Shown: piece after piece, positions 1 to 7,420 of the stretch
Numbering within the stretch: the first letter of the stretch is position 1
How the letters are laid out: every line of letters begins with the position of its first letter
From: a virus
Length of the DNA: 64,000 nt
IMG/VR virus record: IMGVR_UViG_3300003322_000089
Coordinates: 1 to 64,000 of that record
Strand: one strand, 5' to 3'
Made by a program: the position numbers and the translations under genes
The notes under the pieces: model-generated
Told to the model about the DNA's origin: nothing
The model's database searches: none
What the model saw: only the letters and a program-made list of their open reading frames with translations

Positions 1-240
1 CAATCTGTATGGTGCCAATCTGTATGGTGCCAATCTGAGGAGTGCCAATCTGAGTGGTGCCGATCTGAGGAGTGCCAATCTGAGGAGTGCCAATCTGAGT
101 GGTGCCAATCTGAGGAGTGCCGATCTGAGTGGTGCCGATCTGAGGAGTGCCAATCTGTATGGTGCCAATCTGTATGGTGCCAATCTGAGTGGTGCCGATC
201 TGAGGAGTGCCGATCTGAGTGGTGCCGATCTGAGGAGTGC
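1..240 (+). repeat. 16 tandem 15-nt units (C[A/G]ATCTG[TATG/AGGA/AGTG]GTGC) encoding pentapeptide repeats
   Basis: Exact 15-nt periodicity from position 1. Units differ only at unit position 2 and positions 8-11. In frame 2 they read A[N/D]L[YG/RS/SG]. Confidence 0.95.
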
Positions 241-574
241 CAAGAACTCAGAATTAGTGGTAGCACGTACACGAATCTTACCTGACGGCGATATTATAGG
301 GTGGAAAAAATGTGTAGGTGGCGTGATTGTCAAACTACGTGTACCTAACGAAGCAAAAAGAAGTCATGCATTTGGACGTAAGTGCAGGGCCGAATACGCA
401 GATGTACTTGAAGTCTTCAATGGCATTATCGGAATTTCATTGCACGACAAGAAGACTGAATACAAGGTTGGCACAAGGGTCAAACCTGATTCCTTTTCTG
501 AAAAGTGGGGAGAGGAGTGTGCACCAGGAATTCATTTCTATATCACAAGAGAAGAGGCGGAGGCTCACCAATGA
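2..574 (+). CDS. Pentapeptide-repeat protein, 5'-truncated by the window edge, with a ~105-aa globular C-terminal domain
   Basis: The repeat frame (positions 2, 5, ...) runs without a stop into listed ORF 257..574, with TGA at 572-574. The A(N/D)LxX repeat is the canonical pentapeptide motif. Confidence 0.85.
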   Translation, partial: NLYGANLYGANLRSANLSGADLRSANLRSANLSGANLRSADLSGADLRSANLYGANLYGANLSGADLRSADLSGADLRSAKNSELVVARTRILPDGDIIGWKKCVGGVIVKLRVPNEAKRSHAFGRKCRAEYADVLEVFNGIIGISLHDKKTEYKVGTRVKPDSFSEKWGEECAPGIHFYITREEAEAHQ

Positions 575-888
575 GCAAGTACAATTTCTTTGACTACTAT
601 GTAGGTCCGCGTGGGCCTCACCTTGCAAATCTCACTCAGTACTCACGTACAAAAGAGGATAACAAGGGGAATAAATCCATTCATGCACGTTCTGGTAACT
701 ATACTGGAAAGCAGTATGCACAAGACAAGAATGGAAATCAGCTACCCATTTGTGCCCCGCGTAATCCCAATCGTAAGGGCACATTGGCGAAGGCTTCAGC
801 ACGTCTTGATATCCGTAGGCGTGTCCATGCTGCACTGTCACCATCAGCCGCAATCGCCTATCGTCAACCCGGTTCGATGAAATGGTGA
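571..888 (+). CDS. Hypothetical basic protein (105 aa)
   Basis: Its ATG overlaps the upstream stop (caATGAgc). It is co-directional with its neighbours. It conflicts with the antisense extension of minus ORF 632..1138, which I treat as a non-native read-out. Confidence 0.4.
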   Translation: MSKYNFFDYYVGPRGPHLANLTQYSRTKEDNKGNKSIHARSGNYTGKQYAQDKNGNQLPICAPRNPNRKGTLAKASARLDIRRRVHAALSPSAAIAYRQPGSMKW

Positions 889-898
889 ATAAGGTTAT

Positions 899-1123
899 AG
901 TGACTGATACAGAACGTGCTGCATCTGCATTCCCAAGAGAACAAAGCCCTTGAACCTCAAGGAGGTATGCATCAGTGATTCCGTTGATAGCCACAATACG
1001 ACGATTAACCTCGAAGTTATCAGCGGCTTTGGATAGATTGGTTGATGCAATATCTGCATCGGTACAACCCGCAAGAAGTGCCAATCCGATTGCAGCACCA
1101 CAGAACATAAGTTTCTTAATCAT
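899..1123 (-). pseudogene. 5' half (75 codons) of a lipoprotein gene, lying on an inverted segment
   Basis: MIKKLMFCGAAIGLALLAGC has a signal peptide plus lipobox (LAGC). GAGAGGG sits 6 nt upstream of the ATG (1123). The homologous part ends at ...ARSVSVT; beyond that the frame reads antisense of gene 571..888. Confidence 0.6.
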
Positions 1124-1299
1124 TAGATACCCTCTCAAATGGCCACAGAAGGCCGTAGAACGCGAAGAAAGCCCCCGGATGGTATCACCCTAGCCGGAAG
1201 CTATGAAAACCTCTGTATGAGGCTGTATGTCAGAAATTGAAGATAGCTTGTGCCACGAGAAAAAGTCCCCATAGGACCCAAATGACAATGGCAGTTACC

Positions 1300-1467
1300 T
1301 GCAAGACTGGTCCAGGACAGTTCAAGAAGTACTTTGTCGGGCTTTCTGACAATGTGACCTATGTGGTGGAACAACTGGAACCAATGCCAGTCAACACATA
1401 CCGCTATCGTGTCACATTCAAACCGTCTGTCATCGCTCCTGATGTCGATGTGAAATTAGGGTTCTGA
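1300..1467 (+). pseudogene. 3' half of the same lipoprotein gene (CKTGPGQFKKYFVGLSDNVTYVVEQL...FKPSVIAPDVDVKLGF)
   Basis: Part of listed ORF 1237..1467. Joined to the minus-strand 5' half it gives a continuous 130-aa protein (...SVSVT|CKTGPG...). From memory this matches the layout of the 'beta-sandwich lipoprotein' family seen in phages and actinobacteria. Confidence 0.55.
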
Positions 1468-1566
1468 TACATCCTAGGTTTATCAACAAAGGGTGTGGTA
1501 ACTTCTTTCCGGTAGTTGGCGACTGGTTAGGGGTTATTGAATTCTTTGTCATGAAGGAAAAGAGCT

Positions 1567-1809
1567 ATGGAATATCTTCAATACATCAATTGGGATTTTG
1601 TCGCTGTGTGGTTGATTGCGGGTGGTATTGGTGTCTTTCTTTTGTATTCAGCATACATGTGGGATACGTACGGTGATGGAGCCGTATACCTAGGTGAGGC
1701 AATTGTAATACCAATTATAGGTACACTTCTGGGTCCTGTGACTGTTATTACTGCATTGTGGATTTATATTTGCATCATAATAAAACGCTGGAACACTAGG
1801 ATATTTTAA
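1567..1809 (+). CDS. Small membrane protein (2 predicted TM segments)
   Basis: ORF with two long hydrophobic stretches. AAGGAAAAGAG lies upstream of the ATG. Confidence 0.6.
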   Translation: MEYLQYINWDFVAVWLIAGGIGVFLLYSAYMWDTYGDGAVYLGEAIVIPIIGTLLGPVTVITALWIYICIIIKRWNTRIF

Positions 1810-1810
1810 C

Positions 1811-2041
1811 ATGAATTGGGTACTTATCGTCATTCTTCTTTCTTCGGAAGGAATGACCAATGCCACAACTTCACAACAGATTGGCCCTTATCGTACCTCA
1901 TCGGACTGTGAGAGGGCTTATGTGGTAATGAAGGGTCAAAGGGAAGGTTTGATACGTGAGCATTATTGTGTTCCTGTCCCATTTACATATGACGGACCTA
2001 ATAGGAATCGTGCTAACCCACTTCCAGAGGAATTTGATTGA
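1811..2041 (+). CDS. Small secreted/membrane-anchored protein
   Basis: Hydrophobic N-terminus (MNWVLIVILLSS). Tightly packed against flanking ORFs. Confidence 0.55.
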   Translation: MNWVLIVILLSSEGMTNATTSQQIGPYRTSSDCERAYVVMKGQREGLIREHYCVPVPFTYDGPNRNRANPLPEEFD

Positions 2042-2403
2042 TGACATATGATTGGGCAAAACCTGGGGTAAAGGTTGTTTGTGTTAATGACACTGAGGAT
2101 ATGGTTTGGAATATTGGCAAGCGAAAGAGCGGAGATTGGTATATTAAATTAAACGAAATTTATACCATCAGAGAGGTTGTCATCCATCCAGCGAAAGGTT
2201 ATCCACTTATTAGACTCAACGAAATCAGAAGAGAGTCTATGGTAAAAGGTGGAACTTTTGAAAACGGATGGAATATACTTCGGTTCCGTCCTCTGGTAGA
2301 GAAGAAACTCCCTGAATCCCTCACCTGTCTGTTGAAGAACCCCAAGTCGGTTATTATTCCGGACCAGTTTGACTACAAGAAACAATGGGAGCCTGTGGAA
2401 TGA
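2038..2403 (+). CDS. Hypothetical protein
   Basis: ORF whose start overlaps the upstream stop by 4 nt (ATGA). Confidence 0.6.
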   Translation: MMTYDWAKPGVKVVCVNDTEDMVWNIGKRKSGDWYIKLNEIYTIREVVIHPAKGYPLIRLNEIRRESMVKGGTFENGWNILRFRPLVEKKLPESLTCLLKNPKSVIIPDQFDYKKQWEPVE

Positions 2404-2540
2404 GGTACAAACCCAGACTTTGGGACATAGTAGAGGCTATCCAGTGTGAGCCGGACAGAAAGATACGTGTCCCTGATAAACCATCCACCAAGAAACAACC
2501 TAGTGATCTCTGGGAATTGAAAAATGCTTTTCGTCTCTAA
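2400..2540 (+). CDS. Hypothetical small protein (46 aa)
   Basis: ATGA overlap with the stop of 2038..2403. Below the ORF-track cutoff; translated by eye. Confidence 0.3.
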   Translation: MRYKPRLWDIVEAIQCEPDRKIRVPDKPSTKKQPSDLWELKNAFRL

Positions 2541-2561
2541 TGAAAATAGAGGAGTGTAACG

Positions 2562-2975
2562 ATGTCTTTAGACTTTAAAGTTGGGAAGAAGTATCGCATC
2601 GTTGAAGGTGGTGAGAAAGCCACAGCCTACACTTGTGTTTACGTCACTGACATCTCTAAACTGAGTTGCTGCGCGGGTGCTGTTGCAGTGCTGAAATGGC
2701 CGGGTGGTGCTGAACGGTCTGTCTCACGTGATCTTTGGCCTCAGTGGGAAGAAGTCGTAGAACCTCATCGTGAATTCTTCAATGCCTATAAACAGACAAA
2801 AGATGAGATGGGAGACAACATCACTCCTGAAACCTACTATCGTGGTCCCTACTCGACTAGAAACGTGGCTGACATTCGTTCAGGAATGGATAGATATGGT
2901 GTCCTTGAATTAGTGCATCATTCGGATACCAAGGTCGAGAGTATCTTTCATCTAGTGCCACGGGCACGGTCGTAG
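2562..2975 (+). CDS. Hypothetical protein (F-K-V-G-K-x-Y strand motif at the N-terminus, no acidic tail)
   Basis: ORF with GAGGAG upstream of the ATG. Confidence 0.6.
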   Translation: MSLDFKVGKKYRIVEGGEKATAYTCVYVTDISKLSCCAGAVAVLKWPGGAERSVSRDLWPQWEEVVEPHREFFNAYKQTKDEMGDNITPETYYRGPYSTRNVADIRSGMDRYGVLELVHHSDTKVESIFHLVPRARS

Positions 2976-2992
2976 TTGTGAGGAAGAAATAA

Positions 2993-3124
2993 ATGTTTTC
3001 CATTCTTATCACATACCTGATGTCGAAGGACAAGTTGAATGATGGAGGCGCTACATTAGTCTTCACGATGCTCTTGGACTTCGTCCTTCTAATCGTATTT
3101 TTAGTTGCTATTTTCGGAAAGTAA
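2993..3124 (+). CDS. Small hydrophobic protein (43 aa)
   Basis: GAGGAAG lies 6 nt upstream of the ATG. The C-terminal LLDFVLLIVFLVAIF is TM-like. Fills an otherwise empty gap. Confidence 0.4.
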   Translation: MFSILITYLMSKDKLNDGGATLVFTMLLDFVLLIVFLVAIFGK

Positions 3125-3126
3125 TT

Positions 3127-3537
3127 ATGTATATTTTCGTATATGGGACCCTTATGCAGGGTTATGGGAATTGGAATAGATACCTCAGAGATCGTTCCCA
3201 ACTGATTACCAATGGGACTCTCAGGGGTTATAAGCTTTTTGATAGTGGATTTCCTGTTGCTTCTATCTCCCCTGATGATTGTGTCTATGGTCAAGTCTTC
3301 TTGATTGATGCAGGGAGAGAACCATCAGTTGTGAGAGATTTGGATTTCCTGGAGGGATACCACAAGGATTATCATGATGGCTCTATGTACCATCGTATTC
3401 CTGTGAGTATCTTTGGAGATGACGGAACCCAATATGAATGTGAGACCTACAGGGGTAATCTCAGATTCTGGAACAACTTTGAGGGAATGAGAGATGTATC
3501 AAGGGATGCAGAGAATAGATATCACTGGTCCAGATAG
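3127..3537 (+). CDS. Gamma-glutamyl cyclotransferase (AIG2/GGCT-like) protein
   Basis: N-terminal VYGTLMQGYGN (the YGTL/YGSL hallmark) plus LDFLEGY...YHR, which contains the catalytic-Glu region. Confidence 0.75.
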   Translation: MYIFVYGTLMQGYGNWNRYLRDRSQLITNGTLRGYKLFDSGFPVASISPDDCVYGQVFLIDAGREPSVVRDLDFLEGYHKDYHDGSMYHRIPVSIFGDDGTQYECETYRGNLRFWNNFEGMRDVSRDAENRYHWSR

Positions 3538-3775
3538 TTTTCAGGTTGGGGATATTATTGTAAGTCCATCATATACGAGGACTGTACTAAGAATTAATAC
3601 TGATGATAATGGATTACTCTATTGTTCCGTCATATACAATAACGACAAAAGATCGGTGGGCAATGCGACATATGAGTGGACTAATTTCGACTTTCCGGGT
3701 TACGAATTATACCGTCCTTATGCAGAAGCACCATACGATCCAACCCAAGTAGGGGATACAGAAGATGACATATGA
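3494..3775 (+). CDS. Tail-family small protein 1 (ends EAPYDPTQVGDTEDDI)
   Basis: Listed ORF with the conserved C-terminal peptide. Start is uncertain (ATG 3494 or 3506). FQVGDIIV strand motif near the N-terminus. Confidence 0.7.
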   Translation: MYQGMQRIDITGPDSFQVGDIIVSPSYTRTVLRINTDDNGLLYCSVIYNNDKRSVGNATYEWTNFDFPGYELYRPYAEAPYDPTQVGDTEDDI

Positions 3776-3914
3776 AGACAGATTGGCACAAAGAACCATC
3801 GAAGGGTATATTCAGAACTTCAGTGCCCTCAAGAGGGTGATCAAAGAGAAATCGTCATATAAGCCCAAGGAAGAGCTTTTGGGTAAAAGTGGTATCTCGT
3901 ATCGGATTTCATGA
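3765..3914 (+). CDS. Hypothetical small protein (49 aa)
   Basis: Its ATG is embedded in the upstream tail codons (GATGACATATGA), the same overlap pattern as at 4635, 6511 and 8831. Confidence 0.4.
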   Translation: MTYEDRLAQRTIEGYIQNFSALKRVIKEKSSYKPKEELLGKSGISYRIS

Positions 3915-4108
3915 GAAACGCTCTCAGCGAGCTTCTGTGTGTCAAAGAAGGGTATTATAGATGCTGGTGGGGTGGTCTGATTGGACATAGGGCAATAGGT
4001 GTCAGTTGGATCACCTCACATGAAGTACCTACTTGCAGTACTAAACCTTTTGAACTTGGTACTGCAAGAACATACATCAAGAACATACATCAAGAACTTA
4101 ACTATTAG
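3911..4108 (+). CDS. Hypothetical protein
   Basis: ORF with an ATGA overlap. Its 3' part contains a 10-bp perfect inverted repeat and a 13-nt tandem duplication, so it may be partly regulatory DNA. Confidence 0.4.
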   Translation: MRNALSELLCVKEGYYRCWWGGLIGHRAIGVSWITSHEVPTCSTKPFELGTARTYIKNIHQELNY

Positions 4109-4360
4109 TACTATACTAAAGTACTTAAAAATAAAAAAGAACCTAGAGAATTTACTATTGGAATAACCTATAGAACTGATTCTTGAAGTAATTACTAGAT
4201 GTAGTTACTTACAGTAATATACTTAAAGTATGATATTTTATCAGATTTGATTTCTTTTGTCAATAGGTAAATTCCATTGATCTTAGATTTATTTTTGTGT
4301 CCGATCAAGAGGCGATAGCCTCCTCACCCCCAGTTCCGTCCACCCCCCTAGGTTCCAAAG
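4109..4360 (+). promoter_or_regulatory. AT-rich non-coding spacer with TTCTTGAAGTA box, TTGTCAATAGGTAAAT box and a C-rich tract
   Basis: No ORF. It shares the boxes TTCTTGAAGTA (4180-4190), TTGTCAA-AGG-TAAAT (4257-4272) and a C-run element (4322-4352) with the 61.9-62.9 kb hub. Confidence 0.6.
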
Positions 4361-4645
4361 ATGACGACATTTAGAACAACAGATGTCCTTGTGTACAACG
4401 AGGAGTTCAGTGCAGATATGTTTCAACCAAACTTTGGCGACATCAACGATGAGTACGCACTACGTAGATCAAGAGATGTGACATTTAGTGATCGTTCATA
4501 CGGAGAAGAAGAAGGAGACCTCGTTTATGTCCGTAACTTGAGAACTGGTAACGAAGGGCGCGGGTTCTGGTGGAGACTTAAAGTCGGGTACACAAATACT
4601 CCATACGATCCTACTCAAGCTGGAGATACTGCAGATGACATCTGA
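4361..4645 (+). CDS. Tail-family small protein 2 (ends NTPYDPTQAGDTADDI)
   Basis: Listed ORF with the conserved C-terminal peptide. Confidence 0.75.
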   Translation: MTTFRTTDVLVYNEEFSADMFQPNFGDINDEYALRRSRDVTFSDRSYGEEEGDLVYVRNLRTGNEGRGFWWRLKVGYTNTPYDPTQAGDTADDI

Positions 4646-4850
4646 AAGAATGTCGGATCTAACGAAGTTAGAGATATCTGAGGGTGACACTGTGAGACTA
4701 AAGTTCACCAAGAGAAACAAGATGGGATGGCTCCATAGGCTATACGGTCCTGATCTTGTGGTTGACACTATTGTAGGTTCCTTGGTTTATCTGAGGGGGA
4801 TTCCACAACAACACAATGGGTGGTTACGTGACAGATTCGAGAAAGTTTAA
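4635..4850 (+). CDS. Hypothetical protein (G-D-x-V strand motif, no tail)
   Basis: Its ATG lies inside the upstream tail codons (GATGACATCTGA). An alternative GTG at 4690 sits behind GAGGG. Confidence 0.55.
   Translation: MTSERMSDLTKLEISEGDTVRLKFTKRNKMGWLHRLYGPDLVVDTIVGSLVYLRGIPQQHNGWLRDRFEKV
4655..4674 (+). promoter_or_regulatory. Copy a of the recurrent motif GGATYTAACGRAGTTARAGRGG
   Basis: GGATCTAACGAAGTTAGAGA, 10 nt after the stop of tail gene 2. Confidence 0.5.
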
Positions 4851-5082
4851 ATTTGGAGATCGTGTAGTCTACACTGGTGCATACAGTGAGTTCAATACTC
4901 TAAGTGCCATTGGTGAGACTGGTACAGTAAGTTCTATTAATGGCAATCAAGTGAATGTCGTCTGGGATAATATAAGACGGAATGAACTTTTTGGTTATTG
5001 GGGTGTGTACTCACAGAATATAGAACTTGAGTCTAAACCATACGACCCTACTCAAGCAGGGGATACCGATGATGATATTTAA
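4816..5082 (+). CDS. Tail-family small protein 3 (ends SKPYDPTQAGDTDDDI)
   Basis: Listed ORF with FKFGDRVVY motif and conserved tail. Start is uncertain (ATG 4816 or GTG 4828). Confidence 0.75.
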   Translation: MGGYVTDSRKFKFGDRVVYTGAYSEFNTLSAIGETGTVSSINGNQVNVVWDNIRRNELFGYWGVYSQNIELESKPYDPTQAGDTDDDI

Positions 5083-5159
5083 CTTCACGTAGCTCAACTG
5101 GATAGAGCCTCCGGTTTCTACCCGGATGGTTAGGGGTTCGAATCCCTTCGTGAAGGCCA
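5083..5159 (+). tRNA. tRNA-Arg (anticodon UCU), CCA encoded
   Basis: Hand-folded cloverleaf: acceptor CTTCACG/CGTGAAG, D arm GCTC-AACTGGATA-GAGC, anticodon arm TCCGG-TTTCTAC-CCGGA, T arm AGGGG-TTCGAAT-CCCTT, discriminator G, then CCA. Confidence 0.9.
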
Positions 5160-5160
5160 C

Positions 5161-5235
5161 TTTCCTTTCGTTTAATTGGTAAGACGCTGGTCTTTGGTAC
5201 CAGAAATCCATGTTCGAACCGTGGCGGGAGAGCCA
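5161..5235 (+). tRNA. tRNA-Gln (anticodon UUG), CCA encoded
   Basis: Hand-folded: anticodon arm CTGGT-CTTTGGT-ACCAG, T arm CCATG-TTCGAAC-CGTGG, D arm GTTT-AATTGGTA-AGAC. It has U1-A72 and G73. There is one 7:66 mismatch. Confidence 0.75.
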
Positions 5236-5375
5236 ATATGCATTTAAAAGCTCATAGACCGTTCCTACGTCACTCAGGTATGCTCTAAATCGACCATACA
5301 AGGCTGTACAGAGCGTTTCTAGAGTTTTATGATACTAGACACCAGAAACAAGTGAATGCTTGTCAGCGAGGTTAT

Positions 5376-5636
5376 ATGAAAGAAAATTGGGATTATGTAT
5401 CTTTTGAAAATTACTCGAAGGATATGCAAGAAAGCTCAGACAGGGCTTCAAATATAATCCGACAACAGAGAGGGGAGATTGATAGGTTAAATGAGCTCAT
5501 AGCTGGTTTGGTTTATAGTAATCCCAATCATGAAATCCTAATTCCAACTTCAAATCTCGACATAAACGATCTCAAATTAACTGTAAGTTACGATCCATGT
5601 GAAATGAGATACATCTACAAGGCAAATAGGAGATAA
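5376..5636 (+). CDS. Hypothetical protein
   Basis: ORF; ATG 5376 behind AGCGAGG is preferred over the listed GTG 5352. Confidence 0.55.
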   Translation: MKENWDYVSFENYSKDMQESSDRASNIIRQQRGEIDRLNELIAGLVYSNPNHEILIPTSNLDINDLKLTVSYDPCEMRYIYKANRR

Positions 5637-5637
5637 C

Positions 5638-6300
5638 ATGCCTGTAATTCATTCTAGCGTAAGTACTGTATGCACTGCAACTCATCTGACCAACTGGTCC
5701 CTTCCAGGATTTGATAGTGATGATGAGAAAGTCTTGGTGAATGCCAAGCTCAATGAGGTAGACCATCTGATGAAGGCAGGGTTCAAGAGGGACTTTGCCA
5801 TGATGGAAGTTATCGTCACAGAAACTCAGAGATCAAAGTACAAGCTGGATGAGTTCCTTCCGAAGATCGGATTTGAATTCACTCGTACATTCCCCAAGAG
5901 TGACGCAAAGAGCACTCAGCGTCACCAGGAAACAGGTGATCTTCACCTTTGGACCACCACTCCCAAGATCTATGAGAAAGCTCTAAAGGACTACCACAAG
6001 GAACTGACAGAACTCAAGGAGCGTATCGATCCTCCCAAGAAGCCTGATCCCAAGCGTCAGAAGTTCCCTGATCTCCTCTTGAGTGCCCTTCGTAAGGCAG
6101 AGATGGTTCAGAACAATACCTCTGTTAACAACCCCATCCATCAGGTTCTCACTGTCTCTGATGATGTACTCTATCGTCATCTCAAGATGAAGTACGGTAT
6201 TGATATCAAGAAGTGGAATAACCTTGGTGATGCATGGACCAAGATCACCATCCGTCAGTTGAAGCAGTATCAGATGGACTGGAAGGCTGAACTCGTATGA
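5638..6300 (+). CDS. Hypothetical protein (220 aa)
   Basis: Long ORF with plausible composition. No motif recognised. Confidence 0.65.
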   Translation: MPVIHSSVSTVCTATHLTNWSLPGFDSDDEKVLVNAKLNEVDHLMKAGFKRDFAMMEVIVTETQRSKYKLDEFLPKIGFEFTRTFPKSDAKSTQRHQETGDLHLWTTTPKIYEKALKDYHKELTELKERIDPPKKPDPKRQKFPDLLLSALRKAEMVQNNTSVNNPIHQVLTVSDDVLYRHLKMKYGIDIKKWNNLGDAWTKITIRQLKQYQMDWKAELV

Positions 6301-6521
6301 GGACCTATCCTTGTTATCTCCGTTCCAAAGAAAGCGGCAACCTCTACTTCTTTGAAGGGAGAGGTTATGAATGTACTTTTATTGAAACTTCAAGGAATCA
6401 TTCTCAATACCGCTCAGGTCAAAAGGTTGTTATTGGGTACACATCTGAGGATAAGTTCCTGTGGACAGAGGAATCTCCATATGATCCAACCCAAGTAGGG
6501 GACACAGAAGATGACATCTAG
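6297..6521 (+). CDS. Tail-family small protein 4 (ends ESPYDPTQVGDTEDDI)
   Basis: ATGA overlap with the upstream stop. Conserved tail. Confidence 0.75.
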   Translation: MRTYPCYLRSKESGNLYFFEGRGYECTFIETSRNHSQYRSGQKVVIGYTSEDKFLWTEESPYDPTQVGDTEDDI

Positions 6522-7131
6522 TAACAAGGGTAAGGTCTATGTCGTAGGTACAGACAGGAATGTCACCAGTATGTTCTTCGAGAGGGGCTATATGATCACC
6601 CATAGACAGTCAGATGCTGACATTCTTTGTTTCATTGGTGGTGCTGATATTGACCCCAATTTCTATGGACAAAAGAAGAACCCTGTCTTGAATATTAATA
6701 CATCACCCACTTGTGATGCCAGAGATAGTCAGGCTTGGAAACAGAAGACCTCTAATCAATTGTCTGTAGGTATTTGCAGGGGTGGACAATTCCTTTCGAG
6801 TATGTCCGGTGGGAGTATGATCCAGCATGTTGTAGGTCATATGGGAGTCCATAAGGTCTATGATACTGTCTGGAACACAGAGGTACAAGTTGCCTCTTGT
6901 CATCATCAAATGATGGTTCCTGGTCCAGATGCAGAAATCTTTGCCTATACCGAGGATCATGCAAAAGAGGCTTGGGACGATCAAGGAAAGATTGAAGTAC
7001 CCAAGGTAGAACCAGAGGTTATCTGGTACGACAAGACCAAGTGCCTGTGTTATCAAGGTCATCCTGAGTGGAACCCTCAGACAGGTACAGACTATTTCTT
7101 CAATCTCCTTGAGTTGGTTAAGGATTGTTAG
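6511..7131 (+). CDS. Class I glutamine amidotransferase-like / peptidase C26 (gamma-glutamyl hydrolase-type) protein
   Basis: GGADIDPNFYG, nucleophile elbow GICRGGQF, HHQ and GHPEW, in the typical C26/PuuD-like order. Its ATG is embedded in the upstream tail codons. Confidence 0.7.
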   Translation: MTSSNKGKVYVVGTDRNVTSMFFERGYMITHRQSDADILCFIGGADIDPNFYGQKKNPVLNINTSPTCDARDSQAWKQKTSNQLSVGICRGGQFLSSMSGGSMIQHVVGHMGVHKVYDTVWNTEVQVASCHHQMMVPGPDAEIFAYTEDHAKEAWDDQGKIEVPKVEPEVIWYDKTKCLCYQGHPEWNPQTGTDYFFNLLELVKDC

Positions 7132-7133
7132 AT

Positions 7134-7382
7134 ATGAAGTGGAATGTAGGTGAAGAGGTTGAAGTTGTAACCAAGAGGCATGGTGGAAGCCAATTCGGTC
7201 TGATTGGTACTGTAATGAAGAATGACGGCTCTAATTATGGGTCCGGACTAGATCATATAGTGGACTTTGGTGAGATGATCAGGGGTTGCCTAAGAATAAA
7301 TTACTATTCGTACTCCGATCTCCAAACTACTGAGAAACCATATGACCCTACTCAGGTAGGGGATACTGATGACGATATCTGA
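7134..7382 (+). CDS. Tail-family small protein 5 (ends EKPYDPTQVGDTDDDI)
   Basis: MKWNVGEEVEVV start at ATG 7134 (the listed ORF begins at TTG 7125). Conserved tail. Confidence 0.75.
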   Translation: MKWNVGEEVEVVTKRHGGSQFGLIGTVMKNDGSNYGSGLDHIVDFGEMIRGCLRINYYSYSDLQTTEKPYDPTQVGDTDDDI

Positions 7383-7389
7383 TCGTCTT

Positions 7390-7411
7390 GGATTTAACGA
7401 AGTTAGAGAGG
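7390..7411 (+). promoter_or_regulatory. Copy b of the recurrent motif GGATYTAACGRAGTTARAGRGG
   Basis: GGATTTAACGAAGTTAGAGAGG, 8 nt after the tail-gene stop and 9 nt before TTG-TGT of the GAT-II gene. Confidence 0.5.
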
Positions 7412-7420
7412 ATATTTAAT

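Noticed and set aside
1-240. The regular 15-nt tandem array could be a CRISPR-like or non-coding satellite repeat.
   Set aside because: There are no spacers. The period is a multiple of 3 and is in frame with ORF 257..574. It translates to the canonical A(N/D)LxX pentapeptide repeat.
632-898. C-terminal 89 aa of minus-strand ORF 632..1138 as genuine coding sequence.
   Set aside because: Similarity to the lipoprotein family ends at ...SVSVT (899). The remainder is antisense to the co-directional gene 571..888 and is best explained as read-out from an inverted segment.
5236-5351. A third tRNA or small RNA downstream of tRNA-Gln.
   Set aside because: I could not fold a cloverleaf: there is no T-loop GTTCRA or acceptor pairing.
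7388-7420. The DLTKLE-type peptide encoded across the recurrent motif as a conserved leader peptide (MDLTKLERIFNL, SDLTKLEISEGD, LNLTELERVTYD).
   Set aside because: The motif sits in different frames and contexts at the four sites. At 7388 it would block the obligatory N-terminal Cys of the Ntn amidotransferase. A DNA/RNA-level signal is more parsimonious.
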